Positions 1 through 9,473 of a DNA stretch of 64,000 nucleotides are shown here, one piece after another. The position numbers and the translations under genes are program-made. The stretch lies in assembly GCA_965248195.1 (NCBI GenBank), contig CBDFIQ010000002.1:160001-224000 (forward strand), written 5' to 3'. The notes under the pieces are model-generated. The model ran no database searches. It had not been told where the DNA came from and saw only the letters and a list, made by a program, of their open reading frames with translations. This DNA is from Longimicrobiales bacterium. Lineage in GTDB: Bacteria > Gemmatimonadota > Gemmatimonadetes > Longimicrobiales > Gaopeijiaceae. Position 1 is the stretch's first letter; each line of letters begins with the position of its first letter.

Positions 1-599
1 GCCTCGCCGTGGACAATGCCAAGGCCGGCAACATGCCAGCGGAAAACATCACCCGGGCCATCAAGAAGGGCACGGGGGAGCTCGAGGGCGTCAGCTATGA
101 GGAAGTCGTTTACGAGGGGTACGGCCCGGGCGGGGTTGCCCTCTACATCGAGACGCTTACCGACAACCAGAACCGGACCGTGGCCGACGTGAGGCACGTC
201 CTGACCAAGCTCGGCGGTAGCTTGGGGACGACGGGCTCCGTGGGTTGGCAGTTCGACCGCAAAGGGCAGATCTACGTCGAGGCCTCGCGCAACTCCGAAG
301 AGTCGGTCTTCGAAGCCGCGATCGAGGCGGGCGCCGATGACGTCGAGCCGGTGGACGATGAGTTCATCGTCACGACCGAGGCCAGCTCGTTCCACGAGGT
401 GCAGGCGGGCATGAAGTCCGCGGGGATCGAGTTCGAGCGAGCCGAACTTACCTGGATTCCCCAGAACGAGATCCGAGTCGAGGGTAGGGACGCCGAGAAG
501 CTCATCAAGCTCATGGAAGCGCTGGAGGACATCGACGACGTTCAGCAGGTCTCGTCCAACGCGGATATCGACGAAGAGATCCTCGCCCAGGCGATGTAG
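1..599 (+). CDS. yebC: YebC/PmpR family regulatory protein (5' end outside window)
   Basis: Motifs MPxENIxRAIKK, YEGYGPGGVA, TDNxNRT, LEDxDDVQxVxxN; upstream of ruvC. Confidence 0.95.
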   Translation, partial: LAVDNAKAGNMPAENITRAIKKGTGELEGVSYEEVVYEGYGPGGVALYIETLTDNQNRTVADVRHVLTKLGGSLGTTGSVGWQFDRKGQIYVEASRNSEESVFEAAIEAGADDVEPVDDEFIVTTEASSFHEVQAGMKSAGIEFERAELTWIPQNEIRVEGRDAEKLIKLMEALEDIDDVQQVSSNADIDEEILAQAM

Positions 600-757
600 T
601 GTCCTGCCGCAGAAGCTCGCTGCATTCGACCTCCGCTGCATGCCGCCCTGCGGCGTTTCTCGTCGTCCGAAGGGCGGTGCCATTCCTCTTCCTCCCGCTT
701 CGCAGGATCGGGCGCATCGGAGCCCTCGGTACGACGCGAGCTTCCGCGGCAGGACAC
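599..757. mobile_element. 159-bp MITE-like element
   Basis: 22-bp terminal inverted repeats GTGTCCTGCCGCAGAAGCTCGC (599-620) and GCGAGCTTCCGCGGCAGGACAC (736-757), 21/22 match; TA on both sides (597-598, 758-759); no coding capacity. Confidence 0.75.
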
Positions 758-760
758 TAG

Positions 761-1249
761 GTGAGCACCGAGTTGATTCTCGGGATCGATCCCGGAACGG
801 CCGTCACTGGGTACGGCGTTGTCGCCAAGGAGGGCGGCGGCGCGGTTTCCTTGGTGGAGTGTGGGGTGGTGCGTACGTCGTCGGGTGAGGTGCTGGCGGT
901 GCGGATTCGAGAGATCTACGACGCGGTTACCGTCCTGATCACCCGCCATGCGCCGTCGATCGTCGTCGTGGAGGCCGTCTTCCAGGGAAAGAACGTACAG
1001 AGCGCCCTCAAGCTCGGACACGCCCGGGGGGCTATACTGCTCGCGGCGGCGCTCGGCGAGATTCCGATCGCCGAGTACTCACCGAGGGAGATCAAGAAGG
1101 CCGTAGTGGGCAACGGAAACGCGACCAAGGATCAGGTAGGCTTCATGGTGCAGCAGCAGCTTCGCCTCAAGGCTCCGCCCTCGCCGGCCGATGCAGCCGA
1201 CGGCGTCGCCGCGGCGCTCTGCCACTGTGTCATGGGGGCGTTCCGTTGA
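761..1249 (+). CDS. ruvC: Holliday junction endonuclease RuvC
   Basis: ILGIDPG, VVVE, LGHARG, IKKAVVGNGNATKDQV, DAADG motifs. Confidence 0.97.
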   Translation: MSTELILGIDPGTAVTGYGVVAKEGGGAVSLVECGVVRTSSGEVLAVRIREIYDAVTVLITRHAPSIVVVEAVFQGKNVQSALKLGHARGAILLAAALGEIPIAEYSPREIKKAVVGNGNATKDQVGFMVQQQLRLKAPPSPADAADGVAAALCHCVMGAFR

Positions 1250-1845
1250 TCAGCCGCCTCAGGGGCACGCTCATCTCCAGGGAGCTGGATCACATCGAGG
1301 TAGAGACCGCTGGGGGCCTTGTCTACGAGGTCCAGATCCCGCTGTTGATCCTCGAACGCCTGCCGAAGCCGCCGGCTCCCGACTTCGAGATCCGGACTCT
1401 CCAGGTGGTTCGTGAGGATTCGGTCACACTTTACGGCTTCATGGAGACGTTCGAGCGCGAACTCTTTTCGCGGCTCCTGGGGGCGTCGGGCGTGGGGCCC
1501 AAGGTGGCGCTGGCCATGCTCTCCACGTACTCGGCGCGGCGCCTCGCCCAAGCGTTGGCCGAGAAGGACGTGAACGCCCTCAAGCAGGTGAGCGGCGTGG
1601 GGAAGAAGACCGCTGAACGCATCGTGCTGGAGTTGGCCGACAAAGTGGAGGACCTGGCCGTAGGAGCCGCCGGACCGGACGGTGCCCGCGGCGGAGCGTC
1701 GCCTGGCGCCCAGGAGGCGGTCGGGGCACTCGTGGCGTTGGGGTATTCGTTCGTGGATGCGGACGCGGCCGTCCGGCGCTCATTGGCGGAGGGCGAGGCG
1801 GCGGGCACCGACGAGTTGGTGCGCCGGGCTTTGGCGAAGCGTTGA
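1246..1845 (+). CDS. ruvA: Holliday junction branch migration protein RuvA
   Basis: MISRLRG, VVREDSxTLYGF, SGVGPK, GVGKKTAERI, ALVALGY. Confidence 0.97.
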   Translation: MISRLRGTLISRELDHIEVETAGGLVYEVQIPLLILERLPKPPAPDFEIRTLQVVREDSVTLYGFMETFERELFSRLLGASGVGPKVALAMLSTYSARRLAQALAEKDVNALKQVSGVGKKTAERIVLELADKVEDLAVGAAGPDGARGGASPGAQEAVGALVALGYSFVDADAAVRRSLAEGEAAGTDELVRRALAKR

Positions 1846-1914
1846 AGAGGGGCGAAGATGGGCGATGGGTGAGCGACGGACGATGAGGGAGCGACCGACG
1901 ATGAGAGTTAGGCG

Positions 1915-2976
1915 ATGACCGGCAGGAGCGAAATCACCACCCCGGAGGTTCTCCAGGAAGACGTCGTGGCCGAGCCCTCGCTCCGGCCCCAGCGCCTCGA
2001 TGAGTTCATCGGCCAGGACAAAGTCTGCGAGGCTTTGAGCATCGCCATAGAGGCGGCCAAGCAGCGCCGGGAGCCATTGGACCACCTGCTCTTTCATGGT
2101 CCACCGGGGCTCGGAAAGACCACGCTGGCGTCGCTGATCGCGCGAGAAATGGGCGTGAACTTCAAGTCCACCTCGGGGCCCGTGCTGGAGAAACCGGCGG
2201 ACCTCGTGGGCATGCTCACCAATCAGCGTGAGGGAGACGTTCTCTTCATCGACGAGATCCACCGGCTCCGGCCCATCATCGAGGAGTTTCTGTATCCCGC
2301 CATGGAGGACTACCGGGTGGAGATCCGCCTAGCCGACGGTCCCCGGGCGCAGACCATGACCATGGACATCGAAGAGTTCACACTCGTGGGCGCGACCACA
2401 CGCTTCGGGCTCCTCACCGCGCCCATGCGGGCCCGCTTCGGCATCATCCAGCGGCTGAACTTCTATCCGCCCGAAGAGTTGGCGGTCGTCGTGTCGCGGA
2501 GCTCGGAGATTCTGGGCGTGGAGTGCTCGTCCGAGGGGGCGCAGATCCTGGCGCGCCGCGCGCGGGGAACGCCACGAGTGGCCAACCGGCTCCTCCGCCG
2601 GGTCCGCGACTTTGCCCAGGTGAGGGCCGAGGGCGTCATTACGGCAGTCGTGGCCGAGGAGGCGCTCAGGATGCTGGACGTCGATGAGTACGGCCTCGAC
2701 GAGATGGATGGCCGCGTGCTCCGCACCCTGATCGAGAAGTTCGAAGGCGGCCCCGCCGGGCTCGAGACGCTCGCCGTGGCGATGGGCGAGGACGCTTCCA
2801 CCCTGGAGGAGGTGTACGAGCCGTTCCTGATCCAGGAAGGCTTCCTCATGCGGACATCCCGTGGGCGGGTGGCGACGGTGAGGGCGTACGAGCGGTTTGG
2901 GTACGAGCCGCCCACCGACGGCGGAGCCGGGGCCGAGGGTGGAGCGGGAGGTGGGCAGTCGTCGCTCTTCGAGTGA
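1915..2976 (+). CDS. ruvB: Holliday junction helicase RuvB
   Basis: LRPxx[24 protein letters not shown], GATTRx[14 protein letters not shown]. Confidence 0.98.
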   Translation: MTGRSEITTPEVLQEDVVAEPSLRPQRLDEFIGQDKVCEALSIAIEAAKQRREPLDHLLFHGPPGLGKTTLASLIAREMGVNFKSTSGPVLEKPADLVGMLTNQREGDVLFIDEIHRLRPIIEEFLYPAMEDYRVEIRLADGPRAQTMTMDIEEFTLVGATTRFGLLTAPMRARFGIIQRLNFYPPEELAVVVSRSSEILGVECSSEGAQILARRARGTPRVANRLLRRVRDFAQVRAEGVITAVVAEEALRMLDVDEYGLDEMDGRVLRTLIEKFEGGPAGLETLAVAMGEDASTLEEVYEPFLIQEGFLMRTSRGRVATVRAYERFGYEPPTDGGAGAEGGAGGGQSSLFE

Positions 2977-3031
2977 CGGGACTGGGCGTTCCCGCGGGAA
3001 CGCGTCTGGCCCTCTTAGGGCCTTCCAATGT

Positions 3032-3077
3032 GTCGATCGGCGGCTAGCCGGGTGGTCGATCGGCGGCTAAGCGGGTG
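3032..3077 (+). repeat. 23-bp tandem duplication ending in the queA start codon
   Basis: GTCGATCGGCGGCTAGCCGGGTG then GTCGATCGGCGGCTAAGCGGGTG. Confidence 0.8.
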
Positions 3078-4151
3078 AAGGACGGCTCGAGGGTCTCCGA
3101 CTACGAGTACGACCTCCCTCCCGGACGGATCGCGCAGTATCCGATCGAGCGCAGGGACCAGAGCCGGTTGTTGGTCGTGCCGCGAGGCGGTGAGTCGTTC
3201 GAGCATCGAGTGTTTTCGGATCTGGTCGACCTGCTGAACCCCGGCGACGTCCTGGTCGTGAACGAGAGCCGGGTAAGGCCAGCCAGGCTGCTGGGGCGAA
3301 AGCCCACCGGGGCGCCCTCCGAGATCCTGCTGTTGCGGCCCCGGACGGGTGGCGGGACCGCTACGGCCGCCGATCCGGAGTCCGACGAGACGACCCTCTG
3401 GGAGGCGCTGGTACGGCCCGGCGGGAAGCTCAAGCCCGGGCGGCTCGTGAACATCGCGCCGGGCTTCGACGTGGAGATCGTGGATGGCGCGCCGGGGGGC
3501 GGCCGGATCGTGAGGCTCGTCGTAGAGGGTTCCGTGCGTGAGGCACTCGAGGCGCATGGCCACATGCCACTCCCCCCCTATCTGGAGCGGGATGACGAGC
3601 CCCTGGACCGGGTACGCTACCAAACCGTGTACGCCCGTGTGCCGGGCTCGGTGGCGGCGCCCACGGCGGGACTGCACTTCACTCCGGAGCTGCTGGACAA
3701 GATCGACAAGAAGGGTGTGGAGCGCGTGGCGGTCACCCTGGATGTGGGGGTGGGGACGTTCCGCCCCGTGGAGGCCGAGGATCCGGCCGGGCACGACATG
3801 CACAGCGAGCGGTACTTCGTGTCTGGCGAGGCGTCAGGGGCGATCAACGTCGCGCGAGCGGAGGGGCGCCGCGTCTGGGCGGTGGGCACGACCGTGGTGC
3901 GCACGCTCGAGAGTGCAGCCCACGAGGGGGTTGTTGGGGTGGGGGGTGGGGTGACGGACCTGTTCGTCCGCCCGCCGTACCACTTTCAGGTGGTCGCCGG
4001 GCTGATCACCAACTTCCACTTGCCGCGGTCGACGCTCCTGATGCTGGTGGCCGCGTTCGGCGGGTACGAGAGGACGATGGAGGCGTACGGCGCGGCGATC
4101 CATGAGGGGTACCGGTTCTACTCATACGGGGATGCGATGGTGGTGGCGTGA
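3075..4151 (+). CDS. queA: SAM:tRNA ribosyltransferase-isomerase QueA
   Basis: IAQYP, MPLPPY, YQTVYA, AAPTAGLHFT, AVGTTVVRTLES, TNFHLP, YRFYSYGDAM. Confidence 0.97.
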   Translation: MKDGSRVSDYEYDLPPGRIAQYPIERRDQSRLLVVPRGGESFEHRVFSDLVDLLNPGDVLVVNESRVRPARLLGRKPTGAPSEILLLRPRTGGGTATAADPESDETTLWEALVRPGGKLKPGRLVNIAPGFDVEIVDGAPGGGRIVRLVVEGSVREALEAHGHMPLPPYLERDDEPLDRVRYQTVYARVPGSVAAPTAGLHFTPELLDKIDKKGVERVAVTLDVGVGTFRPVEAEDPAGHDMHSERYFVSGEASGAINVARAEGRRVWAVGTTVVRTLESAAHEGVVGVGGGVTDLFVRPPYHFQVVAGLITNFHLPRSTLLMLVAAFGGYERTMEAYGAAIHEGYRFYSYGDAMVVA

Positions 4152-4179
4152 GGGGCGGATGCGATCCGACGCTAGGCAA

Positions 4180-5781
4180 TCACCCTGTAACAAAGCCCCG
4201 GGCCTCTCCGACCCCGTCCCTCGCCGTATCCGCGTCTCCCGCAACCTCGAGTAGCTGCTCGTAATGAGCCCTCGCCTGTTCGGCATCTCCCATCTGACGC
4301 GCGGCGCGCGCCGCACCCAAGAGCGAGTGGTACCGCTTTGGCCAAATCTCAAGCGACACAGTAAACGCCTCTAACGCATCCGCCGGACGGTCGAGCGCTA
4401 GCAACAGGTCGCCCAGCGCCTCATATGGCGGATACAGCGCCCCCGGCGTGACCGGGTGCTTCTGTACGGATGCTTCTACTTCTCCCGCCTCACGCATTGC
4501 CGCAACCGCGCTCTCTGCATCGCCCTGCGCGTAGGCAATCCACCCGGCGAGCACGAGGCGATCCGTCTCGATGTACCACTTGAACCCCTCCTCGCCGGCG
4601 TCGTCCGCACGGTCAAGCAGAATCCGTATGGTAGCCTCCGCCTCGCGAGCCCCGGAAAGGTCGCCGGTGCGCACGGCGCCGAGTCCTTTGGCAAACCAGC
4701 TCATCGCCTCGGGCCACCAAAACTGATCCCACGGGAGATAAGGGTGGGCACGCAGTTCGACCGTCGCCGCTTCGCTCCACTCGCGACGCTCGATGGCGTA
4801 CCGGGCCGGCATTGCGGCGAGATGGAAAGCGGCGGTGAAGGTCCCCTGGTGAGGTGATTGCGGCAGCGTCTCGTCCATGACCGTGCGAGCTGCTTCATCG
4901 TCCCCACCTTGAAGGTAGGCATACATGAGGTAGTCCATCGCGTGCGCGAAATGGTGGGATATGGCATCGCCTGCCGGGAATTGCAGCGCCGCGTCCGCTG
5001 ACTTTCGGTTCCACTCGATCACATCAGGCCACTCACCAAGACGCACGAAGATGTGCGTCGGCATATGCAAGGCATGAGGCACACTCGGCGAGATGTCGTC
5101 GTAGCTCCTGACGATATCCAGGGACTCGTTCGCACGGCCCCGCACGTCGTTCGCGTGGATCGTGTAGTGGGCGGCACCCGGATGCAGTGGCTCACGGTCG
5201 TGAATACCGAGCAACACCTCCGCCGCGCGTGCCTGATGGAGCATTTGGTTCTCCGACACTGGCCCGACCGCGAGCTGCGACAACGCGTAGAGCGCACCGG
5301 TCTCGATATCGTCCTGTCGGGGAGCAAACGCTTCATCCATCGCATCGGCCCATCGACGGATGCGCGTCCACCAGTCGGCGCTCTCGGGTTCCCGATAAAA
5401 GGCTTCCGCCGCTGCGACGAGTGCAAGTTCCCGGTCAGTCGCGGGCTCCAACTCCATAGCCCGACGCACGGAGGCTTCACCACGACGGAGATCCTCCAGC
5501 GCCGGCCGGGTGGGCCACAGAGGCTGAAACAACGTCATCGCGACGCCCCAGTGCGCCATCGCACAACTAGGCGCTTGCTCCGCGACTTCCTCGAACGCCG
5601 CCCGCGATTCCACGTACATCATGTGGTGAAGGAGCGCGACTGCACTGTCGAAGTCGTCCCGTACCTCGGCGACGCACGAAACGTCGAAGTCTACGCTACC
5701 GAGTTCGTGGTCACCCTCGGCGGCGTTCCCGCACGCGACCGCTGGCAACAGTAAGAGCGGGAGGAGGAAAAATCGGCGCAT
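4180..5781 (-). CDS. TPR-like helical lipoprotein, function unknown
   Basis: Signal with lipobox AVAC; helical repeats; HPGAAHYTIH and PHALHMPTHIF motifs. Confidence 0.75.
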   Translation of the reverse strand: MRRFFLLPLLLLPAVACGNAAEGDHELGSVDFDVSCVAEVRDDFDSAVALLHHMMYVESRAAFEEVAEQAPSCAMAHWGVAMTLFQPLWPTRPALEDLRRGEASVRRAMELEPATDRELALVAAAEAFYREPESADWWTRIRRWADAMDEAFAPRQDDIETGALYALSQLAVGPVSENQMLHQARAAEVLLGIHDREPLHPGAAHYTIHANDVRGRANESLDIVRSYDDISPSVPHALHMPTHIFVRLGEWPDVIEWNRKSADAALQFPAGDAISHHFAHAMDYLMYAYLQGGDDEAARTVMDETLPQSPHQGTFTAAFHLAAMPARYAIERREWSEAATVELRAHPYLPWDQFWWPEAMSWFAKGLGAVRTGDLSGAREAEATIRILLDRADDAGEEGFKWYIETDRLVLAGWIAYAQGDAESAVAAMREAGEVEASVQKHPVTPGALYPPYEALGDLLLALDRPADALEAFTVSLEIWPKRYHSLLGAARAARQMGDAEQARAHYEQLLEVAGDADTARDGVGEARGFVTG

Positions 5782-5894
5782 GATCTGTCTCATTGAGTTC
5801 ACGGTTAGGGGGTGCATCATGCCTGCGAGGCACTGTGTCCGCAAGGAAAACCCGCCCGCCCGTAAGCTGCTGGATGCGGCGTGAGGGGGAGAAC

Positions 5895-6266
5895 TCTAAG
5901 TGGGGGGTTCCGGCGTTGCGCATCCATTGCCAGTGGAGCGACAACGAGCGGAAGATGCTACAGGAGATGGCGGTGCAGGCCGCCGAGATGCTGGAGTCGA
6001 TCGGAGGGCGCGACGTATCGTCACGTGTCGACGACAATCCGCCGGGGCTCACGATCCACGAAATGGGCACGGCACGGATGGGGCGCGACCCGGAGACTTC
6101 CGTCCTCAATGGCTGGAACCAGGCGTGGGATGTCCCGAACCTCTTCATGACGGACGGCGCTTGTATGACTTCCAGCGCGAATCAGAACCCGAGCATCACC
6201 TACATGGCGCTCACGGCGCGGGCCGCGAGCCATGCCGTCGATATGATTGACCGAGGAGAGCTTTGA
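5895..6266 (+). pseudogene. C-terminal fragment of a GMC oxidoreductase
   Basis: KWGVPALRI, IHEMGTARMG, NLFMTDGACM, QNPSITYMAL; FAD-binding N-terminus absent; start coordinate approximate. Confidence 0.85.
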
Positions 6267-7156
6267 TGCTCGGTCGACGAGAGGCATTACGACGGATGGG
6301 CGGGTTGGCGGCGGGGGCGGCGGGGGCCGCCGCGATGGGTTGTTCTGGGGCGACTGTTCCCGGTGAAGCCCCCCCGACCGCCGCAGGTAGCGGGTCCGGT
6401 ACGACGCGCCTCCAGCCGCTCGGTGTTCAGCTCTACACCCTACGCTCGGAGATGGAGGGAAGGGTCGAGCAGACGCTCGAGCGTGTGGCAGCGATCGGTT
6501 ACCAGGAGGTCGAGTTGGTACGATCTCAGTATTTCGGTCACTCGCCCACCGAGATCCGAGAGATGCTCGCGAGGACCGGGTTGCGTGCCCCGGCCTCCCA
6601 CATCGCCCCCAGCTTCGAGACCGACGCTTGGGAACGGATCCTGGATGACGCGAACGAGGTCGGGCACGAATACGTGGTGGTGGCGTCGATCCCTCTGAAC
6701 ATGAGGGCCAACCTCGACGATTGGCGACGTACGGCCGAGGCCATGACCGGGGCCGGTGAGCGAGCCCGGGCGGCAGGCCTACAGTACGCCTATCACAATC
6801 ACGACTTCGAGTTCATCGAGATGGATGGCCGTGTGGCCTTCGACGTGTTCTGCGAGGAGTCCGATCCCGAGCTGGTGCAGATCGAGTTGGACCTATACTG
6901 GATCATTCACGGTGGCGGTGACCCCGTGGCGTTCTTCAACCGGTGGCCTGGGCGCATCCCCTTGGTGCACGTGAAGGATCGCACTGGCGCAGGCGAAATG
7001 GCGGACGTAGGTGCGGGTGTCATCGACTGGGCGGGGCTCTTCCAACACATCGATCACGCGGGGATGAAACACTTCTTGGTCGAACATGACCGTCCGGACG
7101 GGGCCTTCCGATCCATCGAGGCCAGCTACCGGTACCTGAGTAGGCTCGAGGTCTGA
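6266..7156 (+). CDS. Tat-exported sugar phosphate isomerase/epimerase (xylose-isomerase-like TIM barrel)
   Basis: GRREALRR Tat signal; GVQLYTLR, YHNHDFEF, ELDLYW, VHVKD, VEHD. Confidence 0.9.
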   Translation: MLGRREALRRMGGLAAGAAGAAAMGCSGATVPGEAPPTAAGSGSGTTRLQPLGVQLYTLRSEMEGRVEQTLERVAAIGYQEVELVRSQYFGHSPTEIREMLARTGLRAPASHIAPSFETDAWERILDDANEVGHEYVVVASIPLNMRANLDDWRRTAEAMTGAGERARAAGLQYAYHNHDFEFIEMDGRVAFDVFCEESDPELVQIELDLYWIIHGGGDPVAFFNRWPGRIPLVHVKDRTGAGEMADVGAGVIDWAGLFQHIDHAGMKHFLVEHDRPDGAFRSIEASYRYLSRLEV

Positions 7157-7230
7157 TTGCGATGAAATGGGGGACCCACCGGCGGGGGCGGCCGGTGTCC
7201 GAGGGAGGCGAGTCGCCCCGTTAGGTGCTC

Positions 7231-8235
7231 CTAGTCGTCCCGTTGGAAGGCCGCGTCGAAGGCGGTCCCCGACGCCGGGAAATCCAGATCTCGTACGTAG
7301 CGACACGCCTCGGCGGCACCGTGCTCCCGCTCCATTCCCGCGTCCTCCCACTCCACGGAGAGAGGCCCCTGGTATCCCACGCGGTTGAGCGCCCGGATGA
7401 TTTCCTCGAAGGGCACACGCCCGTGACCTAGGGAACGGAAGTCCCAGAACCGGTCCTGGTCGCCGAACGGCAGGTGCCCGCCGAACACTCCCGACGGCAT
7501 GGGGGTGGAGGACCACCAGACGTCCTTCATGTGGGCGTGGAAGATGCGAGACTCGAAACGGAGGATGAACGCGACGCAGTCCACGCCCTGGTATGCGAGA
7601 TGGGACGGATCGTAGTTGAACCCGAAGGTGTCCCGGTATCCCACGGCCTCTAGCGCCCGCTCCGCGGTGACGATGTCGAAGGCGATTTCGGTGGGGTGCA
7701 CCTCCAAGGCGAAGCGCACCCCCACCTCGTCGAACACGTCCAGAATGGGGTTCCACAGCTCCGCGAACTCCTGGAAACCATGCTCGATGGTCTCTGGGCT
7801 CACAGGTGGGAACGAGTATAGGAATGGCCAGATGGGACTCCCGGTGAAGCCGTTCACCACTTCGACATCCATGTTGGCAGCCGCGCGGGCGGTCCGCTTC
7901 ATCTCCTCGGCCGCACGGGAACGTACGCCATCCGGATCTCCGTCCCCCCAGACGTGGGGTGGGAGGATGTCCTCGTGGCGGTCGTCCACCACGTCCGCCA
8001 CGGCCTGGCCCACGAGGTGGTTGCTGATGGCCCACACTCCGAGCCCGTGCGCTTCGAGCAGCAGCAGCCGCTCTTGGCAGTAGTCCGGGTCCTCCGCTCC
8101 TTGTGTCACGTCGAAGTGGTCACCCCAGCACGCCAACTCGAGCCCGTCGTATCCCCAGTCGGCCGCCTTGGGGCAGAGCTCCTCCAAGGGAAGATCGGCC
8201 CACTGTCCGGTGAAAAGTGTTACCGGTCGCGTCAT
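7231..8235 (-). CDS. sugar phosphate isomerase/epimerase (IolH-like TIM barrel)
   Basis: [42 protein letters not shown]. Confidence 0.9.
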   Translation of the reverse strand: MTRPVTLFTGQWADLPLEELCPKAADWGYDGLELACWGDHFDVTQGAEDPDYCQERLLLLEAHGLGVWAISNHLVGQAVADVVDDRHEDILPPHVWGDGDPDGVRSRAAEEMKRTARAAANMDVEVVNGFTGSPIWPFLYSFPPVSPETIEHGFQEFAELWNPILDVFDEVGVRFALEVHPTEIAFDIVTAERALEAVGYRDTFGFNYDPSHLAYQGVDCVAFILRFESRIFHAHMKDVWWSSTPMPSGVFGGHLPFGDQDRFWDFRSLGHGRVPFEEIIRALNRVGYQGPLSVEWEDAGMEREHGAAEACRYVRDLDFPASGTAFDAAFQRDD

Positions 8236-8257
8236 GGGGCGCCCCAAGCTCGCATGG

Positions 8258-9442
8258 TCAAACCGCCGAGGCCGCAGCTTCGGCCGGGGGCTCGTATGAC
8301 GCGGAGACCCGTCCGCCCCGGCGACCGCTTTCCACCGCCGTTTCGATGAAGTGGACGCCTCGGGCGCCGTCCTGCACGGTGGGGAAGTCGCCGTCGAATG
8401 GACAGGGGTCCGCAGTCCCCTTCCTGACCTGAACGGTGCGGGCGACGTTCCGGTAGAGATTCGCGAACGCCTCGATGAAACCCTCCGGATGTCCGGCGGG
8501 GAGTCGAGTGTGCGCCTGGGTCCGTGCCGAAAGGTCCGAGCCCCCGACGTGGAGCAGCCGTTCGGATCCGTCCGCCGCCATCAGCCGGAGGCGGTCCGGA
8601 ATCTCCTGGTTCCAATCCAGCCCTCCCTCGGTCCCGTAGACCCGAAGGCGGAGGTGGTTGCGCTCGCCCACCGAGATCTGAGAAGCGAGCAGAACGCCTC
8701 TCGCACCGCCCTCGAAGTGGAGGAGCACCGCGGCATCGTCTTCGAGGGCCCGGCCCGGTACCAGGGTCCCGAGGTCGGCAAACAGGCTCTCGACCTCCAG
8801 GCCCGTGACATATCGGGTCAGGTTGTGGGCGTGGGATCCGATGTCTCCCAAAGCCGAAGAGATGCCTGCCCGGTTGGGGTCCGTCCGCCACTCGGCCTGC
8901 TTGTGCCCGTCCGCTTCCAGTAGGGTGGCGAGCCAGCCCTGCGAATACTCGACGACCACCTTGCGAACCGGCCCCAGGGAGCCGGAGCGCACCCGCTCTC
9001 GGGCCTCCTTGACCATCGGGTAACCCGTGTAGTTGTGCGTCACGGCGAAGATACGATCCCCTTCAGCAGCCATCCGGCACAGGGTCTCGGCATCCTCCAG
9101 GGTGGTTGTGAGGGGCTTGTCGCACGCCACATGGAAGCCCGCCTCGAGAAACAAGCGAGCCACCGGAAAGTGGAGGTGGTTAGGGGTCACGATCGACACG
9201 ATTTCGATACGCTCGTCGGGCGTGAGGGCCGCCTCGGCACGCACCATCTCCTCGTACGAGGCGTACGTCCGCGTGGGATCGAGTCCGAGTTCCTCCCCTG
9301 TTTGCCGTGAGCGCTCCCCATCCGACGAGAACGCACCTGCCGCCAACGTGAACTGGCCGTCTAGGGCCGCGGCCATCCGGTGGACGGGCCCGATGAACGC
9401 GTCAGGACCGCCGCCCACCATGCCGTAGCGGACGGCCGTCAA
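8258..9442 (-). CDS. Gfo/Idh/MocA family oxidoreductase
   Basis: [45 protein letters not shown]; start uncertain (ORF open to 9511). Confidence 0.92.
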   Translation of the reverse strand: MTAVRYGMVGGGPDAFIGPVHRMAAALDGQFTLAAGAFSSDGERSRQTGEELGLDPTRTYASYEEMVRAEAALTPDERIEIVSIVTPNHLHFPVARLFLEAGFHVACDKPLTTTLEDAETLCRMAAEGDRIFAVTHNYTGYPMVKEARERVRSGSLGPVRKVVVEYSQGWLATLLEADGHKQAEWRTDPNRAGISSALGDIGSHAHNLTRYVTGLEVESLFADLGTLVPGRALEDDAAVLLHFEGGARGVLLASQISVGERNHLRLRVYGTEGGLDWNQEIPDRLRLMAADGSERLLHVGGSDLSARTQAHTRLPAGHPEGFIEAFANLYRNVARTVQVRKGTADPCPFDGDFPTVQDGARGVHFIETAVESGRRGGRVSASYEPPAEAAASAV

Positions 9443-9473
9443 CGCACGATCCGCTGTACTTCTCGCACAGCCT

